A DNA stretch of 64,000 bases from an uncultured Candidatus Poseidoniales archaeon (GTDB taxonomy: Archaea; Thermoplasmatota; Poseidoniia; Poseidoniales; Poseidoniaceae). The stretch spans positions 24,540 through 88,539 of the forward strand of contig CACEWA010000001.1 in the NCBI GenBank assembly GCA_902563095.1, given 5' to 3'. Below the pieces are notes generated by a model, which was not told where the DNA came from, did no database searches, and was given only the letters and a program-made list of their open reading frames with translations. This document shows positions 9,253 to 18,673 of the stretch, in pieces. The position numbers were made by a program, and so were the translations under genes. Within the stretch, counting starts at the first letter, position 1. Each line of letters begins with the position of its first letter.

Positions 9253-10077
9253 ATGAGCGAAGTACTAGTCATCGAAGAAATCCCCTGTGAAAATGGAGAC
9301 GGAATGATTGCAAAAGTCACAATAAACCGCCCGGACAAACTCAATGCATTGAATCAAGATGTAACATCTAGCATCAAAGAAATGTGTAAATGGGCTGACG
9401 AAAATGATTCCATCAGATGTGTGGTAATAACTGGTGCAAAACCAAATCCACCTCCGGAAGGTAAGAGGGCTAAACCCAACGCTTTCGTTGCGGGCGCCGA
9501 TATTACAGAATTTGTTGGCAAGGGTTCACAAGAAATTAGAGAAATGTTCAGAGATAATGCAATCGAAGCAATTTGGAACTTGAAAAAACCAACTATTGCT
9601 ATGGTAGACGGTTTTGCATTGGGCGGAGGGTGCGAAGTTGCTTGCTCATGCGATATTCGAATAGCTAGTGACCGCTCAATTTTCGGCACTCCAGAAATTA
9701 AACTGGGATTGATTCCAGGCTACGGTGGCTCTCAGAGATTGGTCCATCTTGTAGGATATGGAAGGGCTATGGAGATGATGATGACTGGAAATAATGTAAG
9801 CGCAGAAGATGCTTACAGAATGGGTATTGTAAATCACTTGTGCACCCCAGAAAACTTGGAAGAGAAGACAATGGAAATTGCACAAACGATCGCATCCAAG
9901 TCAATGCATACCCTTCGAATTGCAAAGCAAACTATCCGTGCATCTCTCGATAACGGAATTACGGATGGAGTAGAAATCGAAGCGATTGCATTCGCTAATC
10001 TATTTGATACCGAAGACAAAGAAATCGGAGTCCAAGCATTCCTAAATCGAAGCGAACCTAAATGGGTACACAAGTAA
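9253..10077 (+). CDS. Enoyl-CoA hydratase/isomerase (crotonase)
   Basis: INRPDKLNAL, AFVAGADI, ALGGGCE, PEIKLGLIPG.GG. Confidence 0.95.
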   Translation: MSEVLVIEEIPCENGDGMIAKVTINRPDKLNALNQDVTSSIKEMCKWADENDSIRCVVITGAKPNPPPEGKRAKPNAFVAGADITEFVGKGSQEIREMFRDNAIEAIWNLKKPTIAMVDGFALGGGCEVACSCDIRIASDRSIFGTPEIKLGLIPGYGGSQRLVHLVGYGRAMEMMMTGNNVSAEDAYRMGIVNHLCTPENLEEKTMEIAQTIASKSMHTLRIAKQTIRASLDNGITDGVEIEAIAFANLFDTEDKEIGVQAFLNRSEPKWVHK

Positions 10078-10135
10078 TTAGAATCTTACGATTATTTGCC
10101 GTGTAATAGTATGAGCAATCGCTTGCATCAAAACC

Positions 10136-11029
10136 TCAATCGTTAGCCATCTCGTCTTTCAATGCTGCTAAGGCTCCTGATGCTCCTGGCGGCGGAGGCA
10201 ATGGTAGACCCAAATCTTCTGGAGTAGGCAAGCCAGCAGGTAGTGGTAAAGTGGCGGTAGTCGTCCTTTCCTCTTCAACTGCTACGAAACCGGTGTCCAA
10301 AGGAACTCTCAATTTCAAAATAGTAGACTCATCAATTCTTACTAGTGATGCACCATAGACGTGCCCTGCCTCTGCATTGGCTGGTTCAATCAGAATATTA
10401 TGGCCGTGATTTTCGCTTTGTACTAGGCCAACTAAATCCTCACCAGAACTGTGCTCTTCCCACATTTTTGCAGTAGATGCTCTGATTTCAGCCATCTGAT
10501 CTCGACGTCTCTCTTTGATTCTTGCACGGATTCGGGAGTGGCGGTCTCTCTTATCTTGGATGTGTGCAGCAATATTTGCATCCTCAATAGATTGAGGAGA
10601 TACTTCGACAACAAATTCGTCTGCCGTGTGAAATTCTTCGACTGTCACTGCGATTTCTTCTAAATCGTCATCGGGCTCGACTGTAATTTGATTGGATTCA
10701 TCCTCTTCTTTACTAGAAGCAACCTTGGCCATTTTTCTTTCGCGAAGTGATGCTCCATCCAAACTGTCCTCAGTGACTACTTCTGGAATATCTACTGAAG
10801 ATTCTTCTGATTCTTCCGAAGAAACTTGCCTAACAGCTACCTTAGTAACAGATTTACCTTTTTCTGGAGCATCTCCCAAGAAGACCCAGATTATTGCCAG
10901 AAGCAGGATTACACCTACCAGCGCCCAGCGGCTATTATCATCCAATTCCGCCTGAAGCATGAAGAACGCGATAATACCTGATACTAGTAGAATGAAAACT
11001 ACAAGTCTGGAGGTTCTCATGCTGCTCAC
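10136..11029 (-). CDS. Hypothetical membrane-anchored protein (2 N-terminal TM helices, acidic linker, Pro-rich tail)
   Basis: Long ORF filling the gap between genes; no family motif recognised. Confidence 0.75.
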   Translation of the reverse strand: MSSMRTSRLVVFILLVSGIIAFFMLQAELDDNSRWALVGVILLLAIIWVFLGDAPEKGKSVTKVAVRQVSSEESEESSVDIPEVVTEDSLDGASLRERKMAKVASSKEEDESNQITVEPDDDLEEIAVTVEEFHTADEFVVEVSPQSIEDANIAAHIQDKRDRHSRIRARIKERRRDQMAEIRASTAKMWEEHSSGEDLVGLVQSENHGHNILIEPANAEAGHVYGASLVRIDESTILKLRVPLDTGFVAVEEERTTTATLPLPAGLPTPEDLGLPLPPPPGASGALAALKDEMAND

Positions 11030-11059
11030 CTCATCCCAAAACGCTCACACTCAAGAACA

Positions 11060-11704
11060 TCACCCAAGCCTGTCGAGATTAGAGAGTAAACTTTGAAGTG
11101 CTCTATGGCGGTGAGAATAATGCTGCTTTTCTTCTAATGAAATTCCGCCAAATGGCTTCCCATGAGTGCTTTTAGCCCCCATTGTTCCAATTGGTAATGC
11201 ATCACCATCCTCGTCTAAATCAGCAGGAATGAAAATCGGGTCAAAACCGAAACCATCTCCTGTTACTGCTTCGTGAGCAATTCGTCCAGGGCAGACGCCT
11301 TCTGATACAATGGTTTGGCCATCTTTGTAAAGAACTGCTACTGCTCTGAATTCTGCTTTCCTTAAATTCCCGTCTTGAATGAGGTCGTCACTCTTCAAGT
11401 GATTCATCAATTTGAGAACGCCATGGACATCAAGGGTATTCAGGACATATGACGAGTATACTCCGGGAAAACCATTCAATGAATCTACAAACAAACCTGC
11501 ATCCTCTACCAATAGCATATCATCTGGATTGGGAAGATGTGGAATCGCTTGTTCAACTTTGGATAAAGCTACGGTTTCTAGATCTTCGGCCTGAGGCTCT
11601 ACTGCCTCGAACTCGAATTGCTCAACCGTCATTCCGTACTCGGCAAAATAGTGTCTTGCTTCAGCAACCTTGCCAGAATTAGTGGTCATGAACCATATGG
11701 TCAT
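11060..11704 (-). CDS. rdgB: Non-canonical purine NTP pyrophosphatase (RdgB/HAM1 ITPase)
   Basis: TTNSGKVAE, EDAGLFVDSLNGFPGVYS, GFGFDPIF, SHR..A; start moved to the ATG at 11704. Confidence 0.92.
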   Translation of the reverse strand: MTIWFMTTNSGKVAEARHYFAEYGMTVEQFEFEAVEPQAEDLETVALSKVEQAIPHLPNPDDMLLVEDAGLFVDSLNGFPGVYSSYVLNTLDVHGVLKLMNHLKSDDLIQDGNLRKAEFRAVAVLYKDGQTIVSEGVCPGRIAHEAVTGDGFGFDPIFIPADLDEDGDALPIGTMGAKSTHGKPFGGISLEEKQHYSHRHRALQSLLSNLDRLG

Positions 11705-11769
11705 AATTTGCCCTCTGTATGTAAGGCTCTTGAGCATGTTTGATAGAGTTGCCCCGACAAGAGGTGTTT

Positions 11770-12123
11770 GTGAATTCGTATTTTGCAGTGGCATTAGGAG
11801 GGGCAATAGGCGCTACACTACGTTTCGCTGTAAGTGAATGGGTTGGTAATCCGCAGGGCACATTAATTGTGAATGCAGTCGGATCTCTGCTTCTAGGGAT
11901 ATGTATGGCAGCGCTAGCCACTGAGATGATTTCCAAGGAACTAACTTTGTTCATCGGAACTGGAATATTAGGTGCATTCACTACGATGTCTACCTTTTCT
12001 GTAGAGACCATTGAAATGTGGAATGATGACTCTTCGAAAGCGATTGGTTATGTTTTGCTTACGATGATTTTATGCCCGCTATTAGCGCTTGCAGGATGGA
12101 AGGCTTTCGAGGCTACTGCTTGA
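11770..12123 (+). CDS. crcB: Fluoride channel Fluc/CrcB
   Basis: VALGGAIGATLRF, GTLIVNAVGSLLLG, GTGILGAFTTMSTF; GTG start with GAGGTG RBS at 11761. Confidence 0.93.
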   Translation: MNSYFAVALGGAIGATLRFAVSEWVGNPQGTLIVNAVGSLLLGICMAALATEMISKELTLFIGTGILGAFTTMSTFSVETIEMWNDDSSKAIGYVLLTMILCPLLALAGWKAFEATA

Positions 12124-13243
12124 TTGAAAGCATTCTTTCGAGGGCGATTTTCGCACCTTCTTGAACCTCTGGAGCGACAATAACCTGATTCGGAACTTCG
12201 CCATCTGCCAATCTTTCCAATACATCCATTAGGTAAGCTGGATGAATCATATACATTGTAGAACAGGGACATATCGTAGGTTCTAAACATTGAATGTGTA
12301 AATCTTCATGTTGTGAATCCAATCTCGCAACCATGTTGATTTCGGTACCAACCGCGATGTGAGTTCCTGGTTCTTGTTGTGCAACAAATCTTCGTATGAA
12401 CTCGGTGCTGCCATTAGCATCGGCGGCTTGAACAACTTCCATCGGACATTCAGGGTGAACGACAACTAAGCCATCTGGGTGCTCTTCTCTAAACGCTTCA
12501 ATCTGAGGAACTGTGAATCTTTTGTGGACAGAACAAAATCCATGCCACAAGACAATTTTGACATCATTAGGGATTTCATTCTCTTCTCCTGGAGTCCATA
12601 CTGACATTCTTTCAAGAGGAATTCCCATGGAAAGACCAGTATTTCGGCCGAGGTGTTGGTCGGGGAAGAAAAGAACAGCTCCATTTGGTCCAGCCCTCTC
12701 ATATGCCCATTCTAGGATACCTGCAGCGTTTGATGAAGTGCATACGATTCCTCCGTGACGGCCACAAAAGTCCTTGAGTTCCGCAGCACTATTCATGTAA
12801 GTTACAGGAATCAGACAGGATTCTCCTTCTTTTGCAGTTGCAGGGTCACTCAATCCTGATTTACTGAGAATTTCTTCCCAAGCAATTTCAACTTCATCCA
12901 GAGCAGCCATATCTGCCATTGAGCAACCAGCACGCATGTTTGGAAGAATCACTCTCTGATTGTTTGATGTAAGAATGTCCGCAGATTCAGCCATGAAGTG
13001 AACACCACAGAATACGATATTCTTTGCATCAGACTGTGCTGCTAGTTCAGAAAGTAGGAAAGAGTCTCCTAGCAAATCTGCGTGCATGACAATCTGGTCT
13101 CTTTGGTAATGATGTCCCAAAATTAGCAAATCTTCTCCCATCTGCTCCTTCAACTCGGTTATTCTGTCAGCAATTGCTGCTTCTTCAGGACCCATCGCGT
13201 CATTGGTGAAGTCAATGGCGCACATCGGCAATGACACTGTCAT
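12113..13243 (-). CDS. nadA: Quinolinate synthase
   Basis: ILGHHYQ, FCGVHFMAE, GCSMAD, YMNS, CTSSNA, HGFCSVH, HPEC, GSTEFI, CPC. Confidence 0.95.
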   Translation of the reverse strand: MTVSLPMCAIDFTNDAMGPEEAAIADRITELKEQMGEDLLILGHHYQRDQIVMHADLLGDSFLLSELAAQSDAKNIVFCGVHFMAESADILTSNNQRVILPNMRAGCSMADMAALDEVEIAWEEILSKSGLSDPATAKEGESCLIPVTYMNSAAELKDFCGRHGGIVCTSSNAAGILEWAYERAGPNGAVLFFPDQHLGRNTGLSMGIPLERMSVWTPGEENEIPNDVKIVLWHGFCSVHKRFTVPQIEAFREEHPDGLVVVHPECPMEVVQAADANGSTEFIRRFVAQQEPGTHIAVGTEINMVARLDSQHEDLHIQCLEPTICPCSTMYMIHPAYLMDVLERLADGEVPNQVIVAPEVQEGAKIALERMLSIKQ

Positions 13244-13306
13244 GGTTGAGCCTCAACTGTCGGTGGTAGCACCCCTTTTTCAACCATACACTTCCTCGCT
13301 TATTCG

Positions 13307-13984
13307 ATGCAGGCATGGACAGGCGGTGAAAGATTGCACCTCGGAGCGGAAGCAGAGGTGATTTCTGGCTCATGGCATGGAAGGTCTGCAATTCTGAAAA
13401 AGCGAAGGCCTCGAGGGTGGAGACATCCAGATCTGGATGCGAGTCTAACCAGAAAACGAATGACGAATGAAATCAAATTGACGATTTGGCTGGCCAGCCG
13501 AGGAGCTCCAGTTCCAGCAATATGGGATGTTGATATGGAGGAAGCCAGTATAATCATGGAGAGAATCGAAGGAAGGCCGCTTATCGAAGTACTCCATTCG
13601 AATGAACACGATGAAGAATTGCTTATCTCAGTAGGAAAAGCGATTCGTGAATTACATCGTAACGCAGTAAATCATGGAGATTTATCTACTAACAATATCC
13701 TAATCAACAGTAATAGAGATGCAGTTCTAATCGATTTAGGATTAGCAACTCGTGAATATGACTTGGAAGGTTTTGGAATCGACTTACATGTTCTTCATGA
13801 AATCCTGAGAGCAAGTCATCCAAGTGTCAAAGGTGCAATGGATTTGGTCCTCAAGGGATACCTCGCTTTAGATGAGGAACTTGGCAACCCTGAAGCAGCC
13901 CCTGGAGGAATGCCTCCAAAAGCGATTGAAGTAGTCAAAAGACTAGAGCAAATTATGAAACGTGTTCGATACCATGGTGGTTAG
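13307..13984 (+). CDS. bud32: KEOPS complex kinase Bud32
   Basis: GAEA, KKRRPRGWRHPDLD, HGDLSTNN, IDLGLA, IDLHVL, KRVRYH. Confidence 0.92.
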   Translation: MQAWTGGERLHLGAEAEVISGSWHGRSAILKKRRPRGWRHPDLDASLTRKRMTNEIKLTIWLASRGAPVPAIWDVDMEEASIIMERIEGRPLIEVLHSNEHDEELLISVGKAIRELHRNAVNHGDLSTNNILINSNRDAVLIDLGLATREYDLEGFGIDLHVLHEILRASHPSVKGAMDLVLKGYLALDEELGNPEAAPGGMPPKAIEVVKRLEQIMKRVRYHGG

Positions 13985-16037
13985 AAGTATTCGCTTCTCT
14001 TTGCTTTTGTACAATATAGATGAACGCTAGTGAAATAACCAGTATGACTCCGAATTTCAAAACATTCGATGAATATGGTTGTAGCGTAGGTTCTTTTGCT
14101 TGGACCTCAACACTAATGTCGCCTTCACTATTCATCTGTTGATATACATAATAATCTTGTAACACCATAGGAGCCCATTGGTCTAAGTCATCTGCAGTCA
14201 AAGGTTTTGTCAAGTTAGTTGAGAATTCATGGATGTAAATTTCTCTATCAGTATATTTGCTTGAAGCATTTGAAGGGTCGATTTCTGTGTATGCAGAAAA
14301 CATCAGAACACCATAGTCTACATGCGGGTCGTAGGCTGCAAATTTATGATCTGAAATAATCTGACTTTCGCCTGTAAGTGTATCGAGTAGAACTAATCTA
14401 GAAGTTGCATTAACATCAATCGTGGCTGCTAACTTATTTCCAGAAAAAGAGATGTCAGTAATTGTGGCATTTTCTAAATCAACATTCAAACCTTGAGCGA
14501 TTAATATGTCATCTTCTCCAGAGTCCGCAGTTGCATTCACTTCTAGTGAAATCAAACCTTCGCCATCTATGATTCCAAGATGTACTGTATCTGGGTCGCT
14601 AGCGAATACTAATGCAATCTGGCCATTTGATGATTCAAGCAAAATGATTGAATCCCCTTGACTAGAAGTTGGCCCTACATTTTCCGTACCGTCAAAGGCC
14701 CAGTAAGTCACTTGCCCATCCTGTAACAAAGCAAAACAATCATCTGAAACAATCGTCACATCACTTGGTGATTGAACATCCATGGTGTGTCTTACTTCAA
14801 GTGGATTTGTCAAATCAACAACCATCAGAACAGTTTGATTTGCCATAACTAACATGTCTCCACGTACCGTGTATGTTGAATTTTCATCCATTTCCGGCTG
14901 TAAAACTTCTATCTCGGAATTTAAGTTAGATAAATCATGAACCACCAATAAAGTCGCTTCTTCTTTCTCGTCCAGAGTGATTAGCCAACCATCGGCAGCT
15001 TCCACACCTACAGGTGCATCAACTCCTCCGGCCGGTATTGATTGGTGAGTCAAATCCCAAGTAATCACGCCAGCGACTACAATCATAACTACGGTCAACA
15101 TGATTCCTGTTTCCCTACTGGTTGGCTTCGTGAATCTTGAAAGTTGTTTGCCGAAATGTGATTTAACCACATCAAATGCCCTTTTCGGATTTGTCAGCAA
15201 TGTTACAAGCCGAGCGTTAATTGTTCTTTCATCAAAGATTCTCCAAAATGGATCTGCCAACTTATTGGCAATATTTACTGCTATTGTTGCGACAACCATT
15301 CCTCCGATGATATCCACGAACCAGTGTATACCAAGATATAGGATACAAAATGCAGTCATCAATACAAACACCAATAGTATCCTGCGATAATTAGTCCAGC
15401 GTCCATCTGTATCAAATCTCAATAAACAGAGCCAAACAGCAAATGGGAATGCAATATGTAAACTTGGCATTCCATTGGTCAAAGGGTCTATTCGATGAAA
15501 CCAGTCATTGATTTCTGGAGTGTGATTGTAAGCCAGTGTTTCCATTCCGGGAATATAATTTCCAGTTACATGTACATTGAAAAACAGATAAAATGGAATT
15601 GCTATTACATACACCCAAAATATCGCTAAACTAATTCTATCAGCCATATACCTGTCATCGAAATATGCGAAATAGAATATCGAAACATAGCATATTACCA
15701 TGAATCCGACAACATAGAAATGTGTCATGAAAGCAGTTAGCCAATCCGCTCTAAATGTCTCTTGAACCCACAAAACCATATCTGCTTCAATAGCATAAAT
15801 CCATGGAGTCATGTTGAGCATGCCATCGGTATTGGCCATCAAAATTCTATCTACTTCGTCCAAGAAATCTTTGGCGTTGTAAATGACTAAGACTATAGCG
15901 ATATGCAACCAATATCTGCGAATGAAATCAATGAAACCTTCCGATGTCACTTTAGCCCAAGGCGGTTTAATCATTGGCATCAACAGTACACCAATTGCCA
16001 ATGCGGAAATCAACCAAGTAAGATAAACACCATCCAT
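13953..16037 (-). CDS. PAP2/AUR1-like (IPC-synthase-like) membrane phosphotransferase fused to a beta-propeller-like domain
   Basis: NGMPSLH and LYLGIHWFVDIIGG PAP2 motifs; C-terminal half has TolB-like repeats and a final TM helix. Confidence 0.8.
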   Translation of the reverse strand: MDGVYLTWLISALAIGVLLMPMIKPPWAKVTSEGFIDFIRRYWLHIAIVLVIYNAKDFLDEVDRILMANTDGMLNMTPWIYAIEADMVLWVQETFRADWLTAFMTHFYVVGFMVICYVSIFYFAYFDDRYMADRISLAIFWVYVIAIPFYLFFNVHVTGNYIPGMETLAYNHTPEINDWFHRIDPLTNGMPSLHIAFPFAVWLCLLRFDTDGRWTNYRRILLVFVLMTAFCILYLGIHWFVDIIGGMVVATIAVNIANKLADPFWRIFDERTINARLVTLLTNPKRAFDVVKSHFGKQLSRFTKPTSRETGIMLTVVMIVVAGVITWDLTHQSIPAGGVDAPVGVEAADGWLITLDEKEEATLLVVHDLSNLNSEIEVLQPEMDENSTYTVRGDMLVMANQTVLMVVDLTNPLEVRHTMDVQSPSDVTIVSDDCFALLQDGQVTYWAFDGTENVGPTSSQGDSIILLESSNGQIALVFASDPDTVHLGIIDGEGLISLEVNATADSGEDDILIAQGLNVDLENATITDISFSGNKLAATIDVNATSRLVLLDTLTGESQIISDHKFAAYDPHVDYGVLMFSAYTEIDPSNASSKYTDREIYIHEFSTNLTKPLTADDLDQWAPMVLQDYYVYQQMNSEGDISVEVQAKEPTLQPYSSNVLKFGVILVISLAFIYIVQKQREANTSNHHGIEHVS

Positions 16038-16116
16038 TGGACTAACCTCCTAGTTTCGTCGTGTCATAAAGGCATACAAGTGTATTACTACGACAAATAC
16101 ACTCGGAAAGAGCGTT

Positions 16117-16464
16117 TCACCATACTCCGTGGACATACGCTTTGCCATTATCTGGATCTTGTTTTTCTCCCAATCTCCAGATTCTCTCAAATCTATAAAT
16201 TCCTGATGAGCAACCACTTGTCCACTCAAATGCTAGGGCATAATTCCCGACTGGTCTAACAGTTGGCTTTTCTTTAGGGAGTGCTTCTACGGTTCTTCTC
16301 AATATTTTTGATGAATCATCGTTGTTCCTTTGGGGAGAGCAGTTCGCACAAGGACATGCGTGTCTCAAATCATCATAGGTAATTACATGCTCTGTACCAT
16401 CTGACCAAATAAGATGCATGTCGACATCTCTACGCTCTAAACGCTTCAATTCAGGAATATCCAT
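16117..16464 (-). CDS. DUF971 / GBBH-N-like small protein
   Basis: LIWSDG.EH...Y..LRHACPCANC...PVGNYAL...SGIY; GAGGTG RBS before the ATG at 16464. Confidence 0.88.
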   Translation of the reverse strand: MDIPELKRLERRDVDMHLIWSDGTEHVITYDDLRHACPCANCSPQRNNDDSSKILRRTVEALPKEKPTVRPVGNYALAFEWTSGCSSGIYRFERIWRLGEKQDPDNGKAYVHGVW

Positions 16465-16474
16465 GAAGATCACC

Positions 16475-17482
16475 TCAAATGATTTCTAATCCACTACCGG
16501 TTGAACCGGATTCGACCTTGGATTGGATTTGAGCTACTACCTCTGCGAATGCTTGAGATGCAGGACCATCGGGTTCAGACACGATTCTGTGAACTCCGTC
16601 ATCTCCACCTCTTACGAAGCCTGGGTCGAATGGAAGTTTACCGAGGAATGGTACACCGAATTCTTCAGCAGTTTTCTCACCGCCTCCCGATTTGAATATA
16701 TCCAAAGTTCCGGACCAGTGGCCTTCTTCATCCGCAGTAACTTGAACTGTCTTTCCACCAGGTGCAGCTAATTCTATTTCAGTTCCAGAAGGAGCCTTTC
16801 CTCGAATCGTGTAACCACTCATATTTTCGATTACTCCGATTACATCAACCTTCAGTGAATTTGCAAAGGTAATAGATTTACGAGAATCAAGAAGTGCAAC
16901 ATCTTGCGGAGTTGTGACGATAACCATCCCGTCAATATCTGGGAGGTTTTGTGCCACAGTCAGCGGTTCGTCAGATGTGCCGGGAGGGAAGTCGATAATC
17001 AGATAATCCAATTCTCCCCAATCGACATCGCCAATAAATTGCTGGATTGCTCCAAGTTTGATTGGTCCGCGCCACACGACTGGAGTATCCTCGTCTTCCA
17101 AGAGAAATGCCATCGATATGACCTTGACACCCAAATGGCCCTGTGCAGGATGAATTCTTCCGCTTTCTACATTCAAGCGTCTACCGCTTAGACCCATCAT
17201 CTTCGGAACGTTTGGACCAGTGATGTCAATGTCTAGCAAACCTACTTTCAAGCCTTGTTGCGCTAGCGATAGTGCCAATCCTGTAGCGACAGTAGATTTG
17301 CCTACTCCACCTTTACCAGAAAGGACCATTATTTTGTGTTTAATCGCCTTACCCATCTCTGAAATCGCCATCTTGCGCTTCATCTGATTGTAAGCAGCCT
17401 CCATTTTCTTCTGCTCTTCAGGAGAAGGTCCAGCAGGTGCGTCTCCGGGTTGGTTTACCTTGACAGGGGAATCAGCCATCAT
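16475..17482 (-). CDS. mrp: Mrp/ApbC/NBP35 family P-loop ATPase, atypical (no cysteine)
   Basis: SGKGGVGKS, DIDITGPN, VVWRGP, DWGELDYLIIDFPPGTSD, VTTPQ, GVIENMS. Confidence 0.92.
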   Translation of the reverse strand: MMADSPVKVNQPGDAPAGPSPEEQKKMEAAYNQMKRKMAISEMGKAIKHKIMVLSGKGGVGKSTVATGLALSLAQQGLKVGLLDIDITGPNVPKMMGLSGRRLNVESGRIHPAQGHLGVKVISMAFLLEDEDTPVVWRGPIKLGAIQQFIGDVDWGELDYLIIDFPPGTSDEPLTVAQNLPDIDGMVIVTTPQDVALLDSRKSITFANSLKVDVIGVIENMSGYTIRGKAPSGTEIELAAPGGKTVQVTADEEGHWSGTLDIFKSGGGEKTAEEFGVPFLGKLPFDPGFVRGGDDGVHRIVSEPDGPASQAFAEVVAQIQSKVESGSTGSGLEII

Positions 17483-17810
17483 GTGCATGCGCGGGCCTGT
17501 TATACTTCAACCCTTTTTCAGTACCATATTGCAATAGAATTGCTCCAAAAACCCATAACAAAATGTTCCATTCCATCTGCATACCGGCATATGCCCATCC
17601 TAAACCAACACTCAATGCTATCACTGGAAGCCTAGCATGGCGAACATCGCCATCGAGCAAATGTAGAACTAATCCCGCGAACATTGTTTGAATCGTGATA
17701 ATTGTTGCAATGACCCTGAAAAGCATGTCAAAATCGTTTGCTGCGGCAATGATGTGAGCGATGAACAATGTCAGAAATATGGCGGCATAAACCAAAATTG
17801 GCTTCCACAT
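17472..17810 (-). CDS. Small hypothetical membrane protein (~4 TM)
   Basis: Hydrophobic ORF whose stop overlaps the mrp start. Confidence 0.65.
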   Translation of the reverse strand: MWKPILVYAAIFLTLFIAHIIAAANDFDMLFRVIATIITIQTMFAGLVLHLLDGDVRHARLPVIALSVGLGWAYAGMQMEWNILLWVFGAILLQYGTEKGLKYNRPAHAHDG

Positions 17811-17863
17811 CTATTGAGGCTATGTGCCATTGGTTCATATGCCTCTTCTATGCAGACCTCATC

Positions 17864-18223
17864 ATGCGCCTACTATTCGTATGTGTTGGAAACTCTTGTC
17901 GCTCGCAAATGGCAGAAGGTATTGCAAGAAGCCTAGGTCATGACGCTGCGAGTGCAGGAACTCATCCAGCTTCAGCAGTCAGCCCTAATGCTCTGAAAGT
18001 ATTGGAATCAAAAGGAATCAGTACCGATGGATTACATCCTAAGTTAGTTGATGACATAGACTGGCAATCCTATGATATGGTTATCTCGATGGGCTGCGGA
18101 GTTAGTTGTCCAATGATTCGCATCGATCAGGATTGGAATCTAGAGGACCCTGTTAGTCAATCTCTCGAAGTATTCGAAACATGCGCTAGCACAATCGAAG
18201 AAAACATCAGAAATTTGGAATGA
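17864..18223 (+). CDS. arsC: Arsenate reductase / low-MW phosphotyrosine phosphatase family
   Basis: FVCVGNSCRSQMAEG P-loop, SAGT.P, SMGCGVSCP, W.LEDP; start moved to 17864. Confidence 0.85.
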   Translation: MRLLFVCVGNSCRSQMAEGIARSLGHDAASAGTHPASAVSPNALKVLESKGISTDGLHPKLVDDIDWQSYDMVISMGCGVSCPMIRIDQDWNLEDPVSQSLEVFETCASTIEENIRNLE

Positions 18224-18673
18224 TTATTCTCCAAGAGTTAGAAGTTCTGCCCCTTGAGGGACTTGGTCACCTTCAGCAAAATGAATCGATTCTACAATAC
18301 CCTCGCTACCAGCGACAATCTTGTGCTCCATTTTCATAGCCTCCATAACCATCAATACATCTCCAGCACTGACTTTTTGGCCTAATGCAACATGAACTTC
18401 TAGAATCTTGCCAGGCATTGGAGCGGTAAGTCCACCTTCATCATCCGCAGATGATGCACCGGGCTCGATCAATTCGAACTGCATTGTGTGTCCGTTCACA
18501 TGAACCCACCAAATATCTCCAACCTTTGTGGCAACTGCCTTGTGTTTTCTACCATCGATTTCCAGCCACAACTCATTGCCTGTGTGAATTGTCATCCCTT
18601 CGTAAGTAAAGGATGAACCATTACGCACAGCATCGATTTCGATACGCCCTTCAGAGGTTTTGAATTCCATCAT
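18224..18673 (-). CDS. Biotin carboxyl carrier subunit of acyl-CoA (probably methylcrotonyl-CoA) carboxylase
   Basis: LTAPMPGKI and EAMKMEH biotinylation motif. Confidence 0.92.
   Translation of the reverse strand: MMEFKTSEGRIEIDAVRNGSSFTYEGMTIHTGNELWLEIDGRKHKAVATKVGDIWWVHVNGHTMQFELIEPGASSADDEGGLTAPMPGKILEVHVALGQKVSAGDVLMVMEAMKMEHKIVAGSEGIVESIHFAEGDQVPQGAELLTLGE

Noticed and set aside
11705-11769. Fluoride riboswitch upstream of crcB
   Set aside because: The 65-nt spacer lacks the GGCGATGG..TTCGCC / CTGATG..CTAC pattern I would expect
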